Shown: positions 26,931 through 37,436, counted from the stretch's first letter. The stretch: DNA of 64,000 nucleotides from Terriglobia bacterium (GCA_041494885.1 JBGQBO010000007.1:851-64850); one strand, 5' to 3'. Numbers and translations are program-made. Notes: generated by a model not told the origin, from the sequence alone.

Positions 26931-27945
26931 CGATTATCTCTGGGACCGTTCAGGCAAACCGGATCCCGAAGTGCAGCGCTTAGAGCACCTCCTCGGGCAG
27001 CTCCGATCTGACCGTCCCGCGCCGGAAATCAATACATCTCAGGCGCCAACGCGTCCAACCCGATTCGGCCTGCTCTGGCGCCCCTTGGCGACCATCGCAG
27101 CAATGATGCTGGTGGTCGCGGGCGTGTGGGCCGTGCAGCAACGTTTCAAGCCCAGCTGGGAAGTGGCCAGCCTCGAGGGAGCGCCGAAAATCGGATCCAC
27201 TCGCATGGGAGAAGCGGGCCGTCTGGTCGTGGGCCAGTGGCTGGAAACAGACGCAGGTTCGCGCGCCATACTCAGTATCGGTAAGATCGGTCAGGTGGAG
27301 ATTGAACCCAATACGCGCGTTCGCTTGCTGAAGGCGCGCCCGACCGAGCACCGCATTGCACTGGCCCGCGGGACCATGCACGCCACCATTTGGGCGCCGC
27401 CGAGGCTCTTCTTCGTGGAGACGCCTTCGGCCACTGCCGTGGATCTGGGTTGCGCCTATACACTGACGGTCGATGACGCGGGCGCCGGCCTGCTGCATGT
27501 GACACACGGTTGGGTCGCGTTTGATTTTCACGGCCATGAGTCCTTCGCTCCTGAGGGCGCGCTCTGCGCAACGCGGCCCGGCGTTGGCCCCGGGACTCCC
27601 TACTTCGAGGATAGTTCCACACCCTTTCAACGTGCCCTCACCCGATTTGACTTTGGCCAATTGGACACTCCGGACCTGGAGTTGGCGCTGGACACTATTC
27701 TCTCCGAAGCAAGAACCCGGGATGATTTGACTCTCTGGCATCTGATCTCGCGCGTCGACGGGAAGGAGCGCGGCTTGGTTTATGATCGGATGGCCACCCT
27801 TGTTCCTCCCCCGCAAGGCGTCACCCGCGAGGGTATTCTGCGGCTCGATCAGCACATGATGGACCTGTGGTGGGATCGGCTTGGGCTGGGCGATGCGCAG
27901 TGGTGGCGATTGTGGAAAGGCAAGTGGCCGGGAAAGGGAAAGTGA
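26923..27945 (+). CDS. FecR-domain anti-sigma factor
   Basis: ATG 26923 overlaps the sigma stop by 8 nt. One TM (LATIAAMMLVVAGVWAV). FecR-like beta region (GQWLETDAGSRAILSIGKIGQVEIEPNTRVRLL). Confidence 0.65.
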   Translation: MSDDYLWDRSGKPDPEVQRLEHLLGQLRSDRPAPEINTSQAPTRPTRFGLLWRPLATIAAMMLVVAGVWAVQQRFKPSWEVASLEGAPKIGSTRMGEAGRLVVGQWLETDAGSRAILSIGKIGQVEIEPNTRVRLLKARPTEHRIALARGTMHATIWAPPRLFFVETPSATAVDLGCAYTLTVDDAGAGLLHVTHGWVAFDFHGHESFAPEGALCATRPGVGPGTPYFEDSSTPFQRALTRFDFGQLDTPDLELALDTILSEARTRDDLTLWHLISRVDGKERGLVYDRMATLVPPPQGVTREGILRLDQHMMDLWWDRLGLGDAQWWRLWKGKWPGKGK

Positions 27946-28291
27946 TTATAGCGGCCCCGTAGAGTGCGACGGGCCACCCCGACTTGCTTGTCCTTACTCG
28001 CCTCGCCTGCTGTCGGGCGCGATCTCCTGTGAAGGATACCAGCCTGTTTGGTTATCATCAATCGTACTGATCCCGCCTTCACAAAGAGATCTCCACGTTC
28101 TTCTGCCCCTCCATCAATGAAAGATTGACGCTTCGCGTTAACACCTATCCCAACCCCGCCGTCTTTCCAGTAGACAAACAAACTCTGAAAGTAAAAAAGA
28201 AGGGACAGACATCAACTTTAAAAGACTATCGAAGTCTATGAGAGTAAGGTGTCGGTCCCTAATTTTCCAAACCACCTTGGAGGTGAACACC

Positions 28292-28981
28292 ATGACCTTG
28301 AAATTACATCGTTCCATTTTGCTGAGTCTAATTCTCGCCGCCACTTCGATCGCGTGGGCGCAAACGGCCTGGGCGGGTCCGCCCTTGGTCTGCTGGCCCT
28401 TTGATATCGGAAATGCGAAATCCCTGCCGTGGGGAGGGAGCGGTTGGCACGCCACCAATCCCGACTACGACATCCATCGACTCGTCGACGATACCCTGGC
28501 GCTCCTCTCTGCGGATGTGCCCGTTCTTGTTCGGATGGAGACCTTGCGTCGCGCAACCGTCTATGCGATGAAAGACCCGAAGATCGGCAACCAACTCTAC
28601 TCCCGCCTCTCGGCCCGTACGCAGGACCCACGGCTGAAGGGCAGTTCGGAGGCACTCGCCCTCTTTGACGCAGGCTACCTGGCGGAAAGTTACAAACAAG
28701 CGGGCGCTTTCTCTTCAGATCAGAATTTCGCGCGTAGTCTTGACGGCTACCCATCGGTTTTGAACGCCATCCGATTACGCGGAAATGATCCTGAGATGGA
28801 ATTCGCTGCGGCCCTCATCAGCATGCAACCCCAGCGTGGTGATCATCAGGAACACCTCCAGAAAGCTGTGGCGGGGGCCCCTGACAATTCCTTGCTGGCC
28901 CGAAATCTGGTCGGGCATTTCGGAGGTCAGGGGAAAACCCTGGCTGAGCTGCGCGCGAATGTCCTTTCAGCGAAAAAATAA
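28292..28981 (+). CDS. Secreted hypothetical protein
   Basis: GGAGG RBS. Signal peptide MTLKLHRSILLSLILAATSIAWAQ. No family recognised. Confidence 0.5.
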   Translation: MTLKLHRSILLSLILAATSIAWAQTAWAGPPLVCWPFDIGNAKSLPWGGSGWHATNPDYDIHRLVDDTLALLSADVPVLVRMETLRRATVYAMKDPKIGNQLYSRLSARTQDPRLKGSSEALALFDAGYLAESYKQAGAFSSDQNFARSLDGYPSVLNAIRLRGNDPEMEFAAALISMQPQRGDHQEHLQKAVAGAPDNSLLARNLVGHFGGQGKTLAELRANVLSAKK

Positions 28982-29003
28982 TCCGGCTCAGTCCGGCCCG
29001 TTG

Positions 29004-29354
29004 ATGATCAAAGCGCTTTCACCGCTGGGACGCCGGGAAATTCAATACTTCACTCTTGAATCTGGACGCCGTTATAGTAAAGTGCTGGCAGATCGTAAAT
29101 TTGAATACTGCCACCAAGGGAAGGCGATGGACTTTATTAAGAGCGGCGAGATCAAAACGGGCGATGGCCGGAACCCCAGTCATATCGTGTTACGAGAAGT
29201 GAAGAAAGGGACCTACGCCACCCACATCCGGGTGCTGCCCCCGGATGGAGACCCCTTTTTTATCCTGGGTCGCTACTTCTTCAAATTGAATGAGGCGGAG
29301 ACGGATTTCCTGCAGAGGGATTTTGAGCTGAATGGACCGCGCGAAACCAAATGA
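29004..29354 (+). CDS. Hypothetical protein (about 116 aa)
   Basis: Open frame with balanced composition (MIKALSPLGRREIQYFTLESG...). No motif recognised. Confidence 0.35.
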   Translation: MIKALSPLGRREIQYFTLESGRRYSKVLADRKFEYCHQGKAMDFIKSGEIKTGDGRNPSHIVLREVKKGTYATHIRVLPPDGDPFFILGRYFFKLNEAETDFLQRDFELNGPRETK

Positions 29355-29638
29355 TCTCTAACGGTCGCATCTCTCAGCGGGGAACCGGCCTCCACCGCAT
29401 GGGCTGAATCCTCCCGTCCAGTGCGCGACTCTTTCCCGGTCTCCCTCGCCTCGAAGATCTCACACCATCCTGCCTTCACCCCTCTGCGATTCCTCCCTCT
29501 CTGAAGCGCAGACAACACTCTCCTGGAGTTGTCGAGTGCTTGATGTTTGCCACCCGTAGTTCATGAATCTGTTAACAGTCACCGCCGCCACCCCGTCTCC
29601 ATTTGCGACCAGAGTTCTTGCCGAAGGGAGATGAGTTC

Positions 29639-30148
29639 ATGAAGGCACTATTGAAGTGGGCGGGGATCACAATCATCGTTTTCCTTGCAGGTTCCCAATT
29701 CATCCGGCCTGCAAAGACCAACCCTCCAATCGATGAGACCAAGACCATGGAGGCGTACGTTCAAACACCGGACGAGGTCTCATCAATCCTCCGCCGGGCT
29801 TGTCAGGATTGCCACTCCAATATGACGCGATGGCCATGGTACAGCAATGCTGCTCCCGTTTCCTGGTTCGTCATCGACCACGTGAACCACGGCCGAAAGC
29901 ATTTGAATTTCTCGGATTGGAATCATGCCGACCGCCATGGCCCCGCCCTGGGAAGCGCTAAGCAACTCGATAAGATATGCAAAGAGGCTTCCAGCGGAGA
30001 GATGCCACTGAGCTCCTACCTGCTGCTCCACCGGAATGTATGGCTGTCGCCTCAAGATGCCAGGGTGATTTGTGTCTGGACGCGGTCGGAACAGGAACGT
30101 TTGGCTTCTTTCTTACAAGAGGGTCTGCCGCTCTCGGCAAAGCCCTGA
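29639..30148 (+). CDS. Heme-binding-domain protein (Haem_bd / PF14376-like), membrane anchored
   Basis: N-terminal anchor MKALLKWAGITIIVFLAGS. Family signature CQDCHSNMTRWPWYSNAAPVSWFVIDHVNHGRKHLNFSDW and C-terminal EMPLSSYLLLH. Confidence 0.65.
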   Translation: MKALLKWAGITIIVFLAGSQFIRPAKTNPPIDETKTMEAYVQTPDEVSSILRRACQDCHSNMTRWPWYSNAAPVSWFVIDHVNHGRKHLNFSDWNHADRHGPALGSAKQLDKICKEASSGEMPLSSYLLLHRNVWLSPQDARVICVWTRSEQERLASFLQEGLPLSAKP

Positions 30149-30155
30149 GACGCGG

Positions 30156-30632
30156 TCAGGGAATTCCGGAAGGGTTCCCAGGGGCGCGTGATTCCCCACG
30201 CCGGGTCATCAACAAAGGGTAGAGAAGGCCGTTGGCAACCGCTACAAGAGGAAAGATAATCAGCGCATCGAGGATATTGTAGATATAGAACGATTTCGGA
30301 TGGATGTAATGATTCATGTAAATCGCGCTCACGCTGGCGAAAGAAAGAACCATCAGCCCATAGACCTTGAGACTTTTCCCAACAAAACTTCCGCGCAAAC
30401 TCGGGTGGAGCAGATGAAAAACCCACGTGATGGTTAACCACATTACAAAATTGTAGAAGTAGGACGTCGTCCAATCCAGCGTTGAGAAGTGAATGTTAAA
30501 ACAGGAGGCGTTCCTCTCCATCACGCCGAACATTTTATTGACCACCAGGGGAAACTCAATGGGGACACCGACAATATATCGGACGATGTTCAGAACGATG
30601 ACCAGTGCGACGAATCGCAGGATAATCTTCAT
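30156..30632 (-). CDS. Integral membrane protein, unknown function
   Basis: About 5 hydrophobic helices (MKIILRFVALVIVLNIV..., FYNFVMWLTITWVFHLL, VYGLMVLSFASVSAIYM, ALIIFPLVAVANGLLYPLL). Confidence 0.45.
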   Translation of the reverse strand: MKIILRFVALVIVLNIVRYIVGVPIEFPLVVNKMFGVMERNASCFNIHFSTLDWTTSYFYNFVMWLTITWVFHLLHPSLRGSFVGKSLKVYGLMVLSFASVSAIYMNHYIHPKSFYIYNILDALIIFPLVAVANGLLYPLLMTRRGESRAPGNPSGIP

Positions 30633-30810
30633 GTCAATATCCTCGACACCCACGTGAGTGTCCCAAGTGTTGCGCCGCCATCGGATCTGAATTCGGCAAG
30701 ACTGCCCAAGGCCAGCGACTCCCGGCACACTTCACGGCGACTGGAAACAGGCGACTCTCCTCTCTGCTCCGGGACAGGTCCAACTAACCCCGGATTGCGG
30801 TCGAGGAGAA

Positions 30811-31239
30811 TCATGAAGATGAACTGGAGGATTCTACGCCGATCCGGATGTCGTTCGCGAGGATTCTGTCTACTAACGAATTGGCAGTTTCTTCGAATTC
30901 ATCGAATACTTCCGGCAAGTAAAGCCATTTCCTCAGAACGGGATGGACCCGCAAGCCGTTGAATTCCTGAAGCAAGGATCGATGGTGGGCCTTGGCGGTG
31001 GGAACCAGAATGCCTCGCCAGGGCTCACTCCCTCCCGAGGTCAGGGCCAACACCAGGCGGCCATGAAGGTAACAGGCCTCGCTACCAAACATCCGCTTCT
31101 GGAAAAAAGAAGATTGGTCACACAACGCGTCAATGACCCACTGGTAGCGGTGTCTCTTGCGAGATTGGGGTCGTCCCGTCTTCACTTCTAGTACCTCTTT
31201 GTGGCCAACAGATTCTAGCCCAAACCTACCCTTCGCCAA
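30811..31239 (-). CDS. Hypothetical protein, weak TfoX-N-like pattern
   Basis: The long ORF overlaps the deaminase 3' end, so the start is probably TTG 31239 or GTG 31185. MFGSEACYLHGRLVLAL is faintly TfoX_N-like. Confidence 0.3.
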   Translation of the reverse strand: MAKGRFGLESVGHKEVLEVKTGRPQSRKRHRYQWVIDALCDQSSFFQKRMFGSEACYLHGRLVLALTSGGSEPWRGILVPTAKAHHRSLLQEFNGLRVHPVLRKWLYLPEVFDEFEETANSLVDRILANDIRIGVESSSSSS

Positions 31240-31681
31240 TGTCCTCGTTCCAGATTTCCGGATGGGCGGCGATGTAATCTGCCAGCAATCGAATGCACTC
31301 TGTGGAATTGACATCAATTACCTCAACACCGTTTTGTTGCAGCCAGCCCGCCCCTCCAGTGAAATTCACTGACTCACCCACCACTACGGCACCGATTTTG
31401 AACTGGTATACCAATCCGCTGCAATACCAGCAGGGTGCCAGGGTCGTCACCATGATCTTGTCGCGGTAACTGCGTTGGCGACCTGATTTGCGGAAAGCAT
31501 CAGTCTCGGCATGGACGGATGGATCGCCGTCCTGCACGCGTCGATTGTGGCCCCGTCCGAGAAGATTTCCCTCATAGTCAAATAAAGCGGCGCCAATGGG
31601 GATGCCCCCTTCGATCAACCCTTGCCGCGCTTCTTCAATGGCAGGCTTCAGCATTGAAAAATAATCAAGACTCTCTCTCAT
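31226..31681 (-). CDS. FCY1-type cytosine deaminase (CMP/dCMP deaminase zinc-binding fold)
   Basis: GIPIGAALFDYEGNLLGRGHNRRVQDGDPSVHAE (HxE), TLAPCWYCSG (PCxxC), VVGESVNF, C-terminal PEIWNEDIGE. Collinear with yeast Fcy1. Confidence 0.8.
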   Translation of the reverse strand: MRESLDYFSMLKPAIEEARQGLIEGGIPIGAALFDYEGNLLGRGHNRRVQDGDPSVHAETDAFRKSGRQRSYRDKIMVTTLAPCWYCSGLVYQFKIGAVVVGESVNFTGGAGWLQQNGVEVIDVNSTECIRLLADYIAAHPEIWNEDIGEG

Positions 31682-32166
31682 GAATTGCCCTTTCAATCAC
31701 CCAGGTTTATCCCGCACAACCCATCTGATTGCAGCCCAAAACGCCCCATGCCTTGAATAGTATGGCTTGATTGAGTCGATCCCGCAAGAAAAGTGCCAAT
31801 GCAAGAAACATTGGATCCAGTATTGGGCAGTTGCCGTATCAAACGTCATGAGAAATAGCGACAACATTGCAGCACTCAAGATCGCAAGCATGGCAAAATT
31901 CTTGCGGGTGCGGCGTCACCCTCATCTCTTCTACTCAAGAATAGCCTCCACGGAGATGGCGCTCAGCCGCAGCCAAGACCGCAATTTGGTGGAGATCGTA
32001 TTCAGATCCACAAGCTGCGCAATTTCTCATCAAACCTTAATGTTATCGCAGGTGTGCTCTTCAGAAGGGCTGCGCAACCCATGATTTCGTAGACTTTCCC
32101 CATGAAAAGTTTTATTCTGGAGACGCTCGCCGCAGGAATGTCCTGCTTCTTCCTTTGGGGCACTTT

Positions 32167-35100
32167 ATGGACACAGTCAAAGGCCCCACCCAAGAACTAC
32201 CCCAGTCCCGCGTTCCTGTCGACCTATCGGAACCGCGCCATGAGACGGATCAGATCTCTGCACTCATCGATTCGATTGCATCCCAGTTTGACTTTGCCAT
32301 GGATCGGGCAGACCGAGTTGAAGCCGACTGCATGCAACTTCGGCAAGCCATGGATGCATGTGCGCCCTCATCCAAACAAAAATATCTCGCTCGGCTCCTT
32401 CCCCTGCTAGGCAAAAAAACCGGTGCAATGCCTTCTGCTGTCTTTTCTCTCCTCGAAGAATCGGCTGCCACCGGGGGCGATCCCTGGGCCCTGATTGCAG
32501 GGATGCTCCTCGCGCAGGACAGGAATCTCTCCTTTCGCGCACTCGAACTGGCAGTGCAGAGCGCTCAATCGGGATTGCTCCCCACCGGCCTGCCCGTCCT
32601 CCAGTTCTTTGCTGAGCAGGTCGAACGCGAAGGATCCCCCTTCGCAGATCCGCCAACACTGCGCCGGATTGCAGCTCTATTGAGGGAATGTGGTTTTTCG
32701 ACGCACGATGGTCGTGATCCGGTGTTGACCTTATACTTGACCGACAAAGAAACCAAGGTTCGCCTTTTGGCAGCCCGACTCTTGGATCTGGATGACCATC
32801 CGGCCTCCCTACAGTTGGCCAAAAGGCTCTTGGGTTCGGAGTCGTACGCCTTCCTCAGGCCCTACCTGGATTACACCCGAGCGAGCCACCTGGATCTTCT
32901 CCACCTGGTCGCACCGTGCGGCCTCCCGCCCACGCTCCTCGCATCCTTCCGCATTGCCGAAGAACTCTGTGGCGAGGCCTTGCTTAAGACCGTTATCGCA
33001 GAACTGGGATGGTCGCATGTGAATCTTGGAATCGAGGTTTCGGAGTGTATTGGAATTAGCATTGGCGGAAGCTTTCCCCTGATTGTGTCTCCTGCAGAGG
33101 CCCCCTTGTTTGAGACGAGCCCAGAGGCTCGCCGATCGTTGGAATGTTTTCTGATCGTTGCCCACGGCGGGTTGCCGGCAGAAAAACGGAAACCAAGCGG
33201 CGATGATCTCGTGGCGCGATTCCGATCTTACAACCTCCTCCATGCCGAGGCCCTGGCGGACATCCTCGATGTGGCGCCTCTCACGCGAGAGAAGGTCCGC
33301 CGCATCCTGAGCCGGATGGATCAGATCGTGGAGGATTTCATCGTGCTGTTCAGTTTGTACACACCGGAGACCACGATCCTTTCCGGACTTTACCAGGAGC
33401 TCAAGAACCGAGTCGTCTCGGAATTGGAGAAGGAGACCTCTGAGCTTCAGCTCTCGGCGGAGCTCACCCGCCTGGTGCAGATGTTCCAGGATCCACGCTC
33501 TCTAGGTGCAGTCAAAACACTCCATGGCCTGAAGCGATACCTGCATCAGAGAGGACTGGAGTTGGGGATCCGCCTGGTTGAGACCGGGGGAGCGACGAAC
33601 CGAACGGTGGACCTGGTGGTCACGTCTCGCCGCCGCGTATTGCGTTCGATGAAAAAAATCCGTTACGTGGACTTTGAGCCTGAGACCGAAGCGGCCCGAG
33701 GAACCAGCACCCTGACGTATCCGGTAGCTGTGCTTGCCCGGGCATTTGGCCGACAACTTCTCCACGGCCAGGACAAGTTTCCAAGCGTCAGAATCTTCTG
33801 TTACGGGAACGAGGTTCACTACTACCTGTCTTTCGCAAACCATCCCGCGTTCTTGCGAATCGACTACTCCCCTCCTTTGCAGGGAGGAATGATTGACCTC
33901 CAGTACTACGGGGTCAGTAAGTACGAGTTGTCCGCTCACCCCAATCCCAGCCTGGATGCTATAGGTCTCTTCTTCCGCCGTTTGGAGTTCGATGTCCAGA
34001 TCGAGAATACTCATATACACGCTCGCTACGACAAGGAGCGCGCTCTGGATTTAGGAACCCTGTGCGAGAAGGCGGAGGCCCTGCTCGCTTTGACCTCTTA
34101 CCTGATGGACGTGGACTGGGTCATTGGCAACCTGAGTTTGAACGCCGAGGCGCGACAGAAAGTCGCAGAAGCGTGGGCCGAGAAGCTTGCATCATGGGGT
34201 GTGCTTCCCCTGGATCAACTCCTGACAAGGGATCGGCTGGGAATCCTCGCGGCGGTTGAAACCGGTCCCGCAGGAGAACGTGAGATTGCATGGCCGGGAG
34301 TAGGTTCTTATTGCGACCGGTTCAACACCACGACCTGGGCCGAGTTCTTGCTCCCTCTAAAGACACGCTTGGACAAGCTTGGCCAAGGCCTGATTCGCCT
34401 TGGGGCAGAAGAAAGTCAACGGTCCTGGGGCCAAATCGGGATCGAGCGCGCATTGCTCCGTCCACTCCGCGATGCCATGGTCCGTCGAGAGCTTGCGGCC
34501 ACGCGCGAGGGTCCCTGTCGAACCCCACAGGAATTATTCCGCCGGGAACACGTTGCGGAGAAATTTGCCGAGATCCTCGACTCGGTGGACGAAACCATCT
34601 TCACTTGCGCGATACTTGCGAGCCTGGTGGCCCCGCTCGAACGCTCCCTGCGCTTTGAGACCACGGGCACGGTCAATGGCTATGAGGTTCAGAGAGCGCG
34701 CATTGCACTCCGCGGGGAAAACCTTTCCCTTTACGTGCTTCGCGATCGAAGTGGAATCGCGCGACTGGCCCTCTTCGCACGCGGCGAGACATTATTCCTC
34801 TCCCGGGAGACCGAGCAGGCCCCTTGGCACTCCAATGCGAATACCAGCGCGACGGAGCTGGCCGCTTTGCTCCGGTGTAACAATTATACGGTGTCGCCCA
34901 TGGGAGATTCATTCCCCACCGGGCCGCCCGACGCGCACGCGATTCGTGAGTCCTTCCAAAGGGAAAACGGTGTGAGGCGACCGCCTTCACAATCTGGAGA
35001 ACGGATTGTCGCCGGGGTCAAGGCATCGCCCGGACGCGCTGTTGGAACCGCCCTGTTCGGAACGGGCGGCCGCTCCCCCAAAGACTTTGTGGGGGCAGTG

Positions 35101-37266
35101 ATGGTGGCCCCCTTTGTGCGGCCGGAGGAGAGCACCTTTCTCTTTCATTCCGCGGGAATCGTCTCCACAGGCGGCGGGGCCTTGAGTCATGCCGGGTTGA
35201 TCGCCATCCAGTTTCACAAACCCGCTCTCATCATAGCCGGTCATTGGGAGCGCGAGGCCAACGGATCAATGGTGCTGTGTTTCCCCACCCTGGAATACCG
35301 TGAGGACACCCGGGAGTTGCGCGGCTGGCGCGTGTCGGTGCGGCAGGACATGAGGGAACGCGAGCACCGTCTCAAGGAAGGTGATCTTGTCGTCTTGGAC
35401 GCTGACGAGGGAACGCTGCGCGTGCTGGGGCAGAGTCGCGAAACCATGGCTCTCCACGAGGGGTTTCAACTGTTCGTTGAGGCCAACCACCGCCTTGGTG
35501 GCGCGACCGATATGAAGGAGATTCTGATTCTGCGCGGCTGGCGACTCAGAGCAATCCATCAGATCGAGAAACTCCTTGCCCGGCTCAACGACCCGGTCCT
35601 GGCACAACACGCCGTCTATGAACTCTTCGTTGGCAAGACCTTTGAAGGCATTCGAGCAGGGCAGGGCGAAAGAGCGCGGTTTCTGTCGCTGCTTCTTAAC
35701 AGTCGCGAGTTGGGAGGGACCGTCCGTGAACACCTGCATCATATCGCTCGAGAACTTGAACGCCGTCATCGGATTTTGTGCGATCGGGCGGAGCGATGCA
35801 TCCCTACATCAACTTCCACCTGCGAGGTGCTGGCGTTGCGGATCGAAATGCTGCACCTCCGTCAGTTGCTCGAAGACGTCGCAGGGGCAATGCGGGAGTG
35901 TGGCGTGGAGACCCCTCAGTGGAGCGCTTACGAGGTCCCCCGAATTGAAGCAGCCGTGTATCGCCGCCTCGAAGAGCGGCGTTGGGAGCTCACCAATGCC
36001 GTTCGGCATCGGCGCGAAGCTCCAGTCGAAGATCCTCGGATTCGCCATCTCCTTCGTCAGCTCGAGCGGCTCGACATGGTCCTTGCCCCTGCCCCCCAAG
36101 AGGAGCAGGAAGCGCGCGAAAGCGACCGGAATTGGATTAGCGGGCAAGACGCCCACGCTCTCCAGACACTCGAGCATCGAACTGTTCTCACACCCGGAGA
36201 GAGCGGCTTTGGTTTATTCCCGCTGATCGGTTGGAAGTCTGCCAATCTCGCAGAGGTGGGGCGTTTGGGTGGCCATGGCCTCGTTCCCCCTTGGTTTGTG
36301 GTCACTAATACAGCATTCGAAGTGATGCTTGGACTCCCGCTGACACATCACCTCGCCGGGTTAGAGGGTGTCCCCCCCGGGGCATCCACCCTTCGAGAGG
36401 CCATCCACGCAATACTTGCTCGAGGAGACATTGATTCCGCACAAAAGTCCGCTTACATCCGCGCCCTTTGGAAGAAGATGACTCTTCCGCAGAAAATAGC
36501 CGAGGAGGTGGTCGTCGCCTACCATAAGCTGGGTGAAGAGACAGCCGGGTGCGGAGGACCGGAAGAGGGCCCTTCCGCCCTCTTCGTGGCTATCCGCTCC
36601 TCCGCGCGTGAGGAGGATGCCGAAATCGCCGCCCGGGCTGGAGAATTCGACACTTTTCTTTTCGTCCGCGGGGAGAATTCCCTGCTCGAGCATCTCACGC
36701 AAGCTTGGAGTGGCCTTTGGACCGAGCGCGCGATCCACAACCGTGAGGTGCTGGGCACGGGAGTCGAACAAATTGGAGGAGGCGTGATCCTCCAGCGCAT
36801 GGTCGGGTCGCGCGTATCCGGCGTCTTGCAAACGATCAACGTCGCTGAAGGAGAGTTTCGCGAAATCGTGGTCAATGCGGGGCTCGGCCTCGGCGAAGGG
36901 GTAGTCTCAGGGGTCGTCGCCGCAGACCAGATTGTGGTCGACAAAGAGAGTGATCTCGAGAAAGGACCCCTGAGATTCCGTTACATCACCGCTGACAAGC
37001 GGGAACAAGTGGTTTTCAACAAGCGAACCGGCCAGGGCACCATGCGTACCGAGAGCCTTTACCATCAGAGGCTGCGGCCTGCGCTGGAGTATGTCGAACT
37101 TTCAGAGTTGATTCGCACCGCCGCCGCATTGGAATCCGCTTACGGTTATCCCCTGGACATCGAGTTCGGGATCGAAGGAACCCGCCTGTGGATTCTCCAG
37201 GTTCGCCCGGTCGCCACTTTCATGTCGATCCTGCGCGAAACCGTGGATCGATACCCGCTGTTCTGA
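32167..37266 (+). CDS. About 1700-aa protein: unknown about 950-aa N-region, PEP-utilizer phospho-His swivel domain, helical linker, C-terminal PPDK_N-type ATP-grasp
   Basis: Swivel domain STGGGALSHAGLIA (His codon 35188-35190). ATP-grasp blocks GWKSANLAEV, FVAIRSSAREEDAE, AGEFDTFL, WSGLWTERAIHNRE, ILQRMVGSRVSGVLQT, DIEFGIEGTRLWILQVRP. No PEP-utilizers_C TIM-barrel region seen. Confidence 0.8.
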   Translation: MDTVKGPTQELPQSRVPVDLSEPRHETDQISALIDSIASQFDFAMDRADRVEADCMQLRQAMDACAPSSKQKYLARLLPLLGKKTGAMPSAVFSLLEESAATGGDPWALIAGMLLAQDRNLSFRALELAVQSAQSGLLPTGLPVLQFFAEQVEREGSPFADPPTLRRIAALLRECGFSTHDGRDPVLTLYLTDKETKVRLLAARLLDLDDHPASLQLAKRLLGSESYAFLRPYLDYTRASHLDLLHLVAPCGLPPTLLASFRIAEELCGEALLKTVIAELGWSHVNLGIEVSECIGISIGGSFPLIVSPAEAPLFETSPEARRSLECFLIVAHGGLPAEKRKPSGDDLVARFRSYNLLHAEALADILDVAPLTREKVRRILSRMDQIVEDFIVLFSLYTPETTILSGLYQELKNRVVSELEKETSELQLSAELTRLVQMFQDPRSLGAVKTLHGLKRYLHQRGLELGIRLVETGGATNRTVDLVVTSRRRVLRSMKKIRYVDFEPETEAARGTSTLTYPVAVLARAFGRQLLHGQDKFPSVRIFCYGNEVHYYLSFANHPAFLRIDYSPPLQGGMIDLQYYGVSKYELSAHPNPSLDAIGLFFRRLEFDVQIENTHIHARYDKERALDLGTLCEKAEALLALTSYLMDVDWVIGNLSLNAEARQKVAEAWAEKLASWGVLPLDQLLTRDRLGILAAVETGPAGEREIAWPGVGSYCDRFNTTTWAEFLLPLKTRLDKLGQGLIRLGAEESQRSWGQIGIERALLRPLRDAMVRRELAATREGPCRTPQELFRREHVAEKFAEILDSVDETIFTCAILASLVAPLERSLRFETTGTVNGYEVQRARIALRGENLSLYVLRDRSGIARLALFARGETLFLSRETEQAPWHSNANTSATELAALLRCNNYTVSPMGDSFPTGPPDAHAIRESFQRENGVRRPPSQSGERIVAGVKASPGRAVGTALFGTGGRSPKDFVGAVMVAPFVRPEESTFLFHSAGIVSTGGGALSHAGLIAIQFHKPALIIAGHWEREANGSMVLCFPTLEYREDTRELRGWRVSVRQDMREREHRLKEGDLVVLDADEGTLRVLGQSRETMALHEGFQLFVEANHRLGGATDMKEILILRGWRLRAIHQIEKLLARLNDPVLAQHAVYELFVGKTFEGIRAGQGERARFLSLLLNSRELGGTVREHLHHIARELERRHRILCDRAERCIPTSTSTCEVLALRIEMLHLRQLLEDVAGAMRECGVETPQWSAYEVPRIEAAVYRRLEERRWELTNAVRHRREAPVEDPRIRHLLRQLERLDMVLAPAPQEEQEARESDRNWISGQDAHALQTLEHRTVLTPGESGFGLFPLIGWKSANLAEVGRLGGHGLVPPWFVVTNTAFEVMLGLPLTHHLAGLEGVPPGASTLREAIHAILARGDIDSAQKSAYIRALWKKMTLPQKIAEEVVVAYHKLGEETAGCGGPEEGPSALFVAIRSSAREEDAEIAARAGEFDTFLFVRGENSLLEHLTQAWSGLWTERAIHNREVLGTGVEQIGGGVILQRMVGSRVSGVLQTINVAEGEFREIVVNAGLGLGEGVVSGVVAADQIVVDKESDLEKGPLRFRYITADKREQVVFNKRTGQGTMRTESLYHQRLRPALEYVELSELIRTAAALESAYGYPLDIEFGIEGTRLWILQVRPVATFMSILRETVDRYPLF

Positions 37267-37389
37267 GCGAGGAGTTGCAATAGAAGCATTTCATGAGGAA
37301 GCCAGGAAGCCAAAAAAAGGTAAAACTAAGTCCAAAGTGCCCGAGCCAAGGTCATCGGTGTTGACTCGTGGAATCATCGCCTTGTGTTT

Positions 37390-37436
37390 GGTCTTGGGTC
37401 TTAAGTCTTGAGTCCAGGGTCATGGGTCATGGCCCA
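37390..37436. repeat. Short-period GGTC(T/A)T-type repeat in the intergenic spacer
   Basis: ggtcttgggtcttaagtcttgagtccagggtcatgggtcatggcccat. Also gaggaagccaggaagcc at 37295-37311, 29 nt after the stop of the giant gene. Confidence 0.7.

Noticed and set aside
32155-37266. Calling the giant protein a PEP synthase or pyruvate phosphate dikinase.
   Set aside because: The domain order is inverted and I see no PEP-utilizers_C TIM-barrel region, so the PpsA/PPDK reaction cannot simply be assumed.
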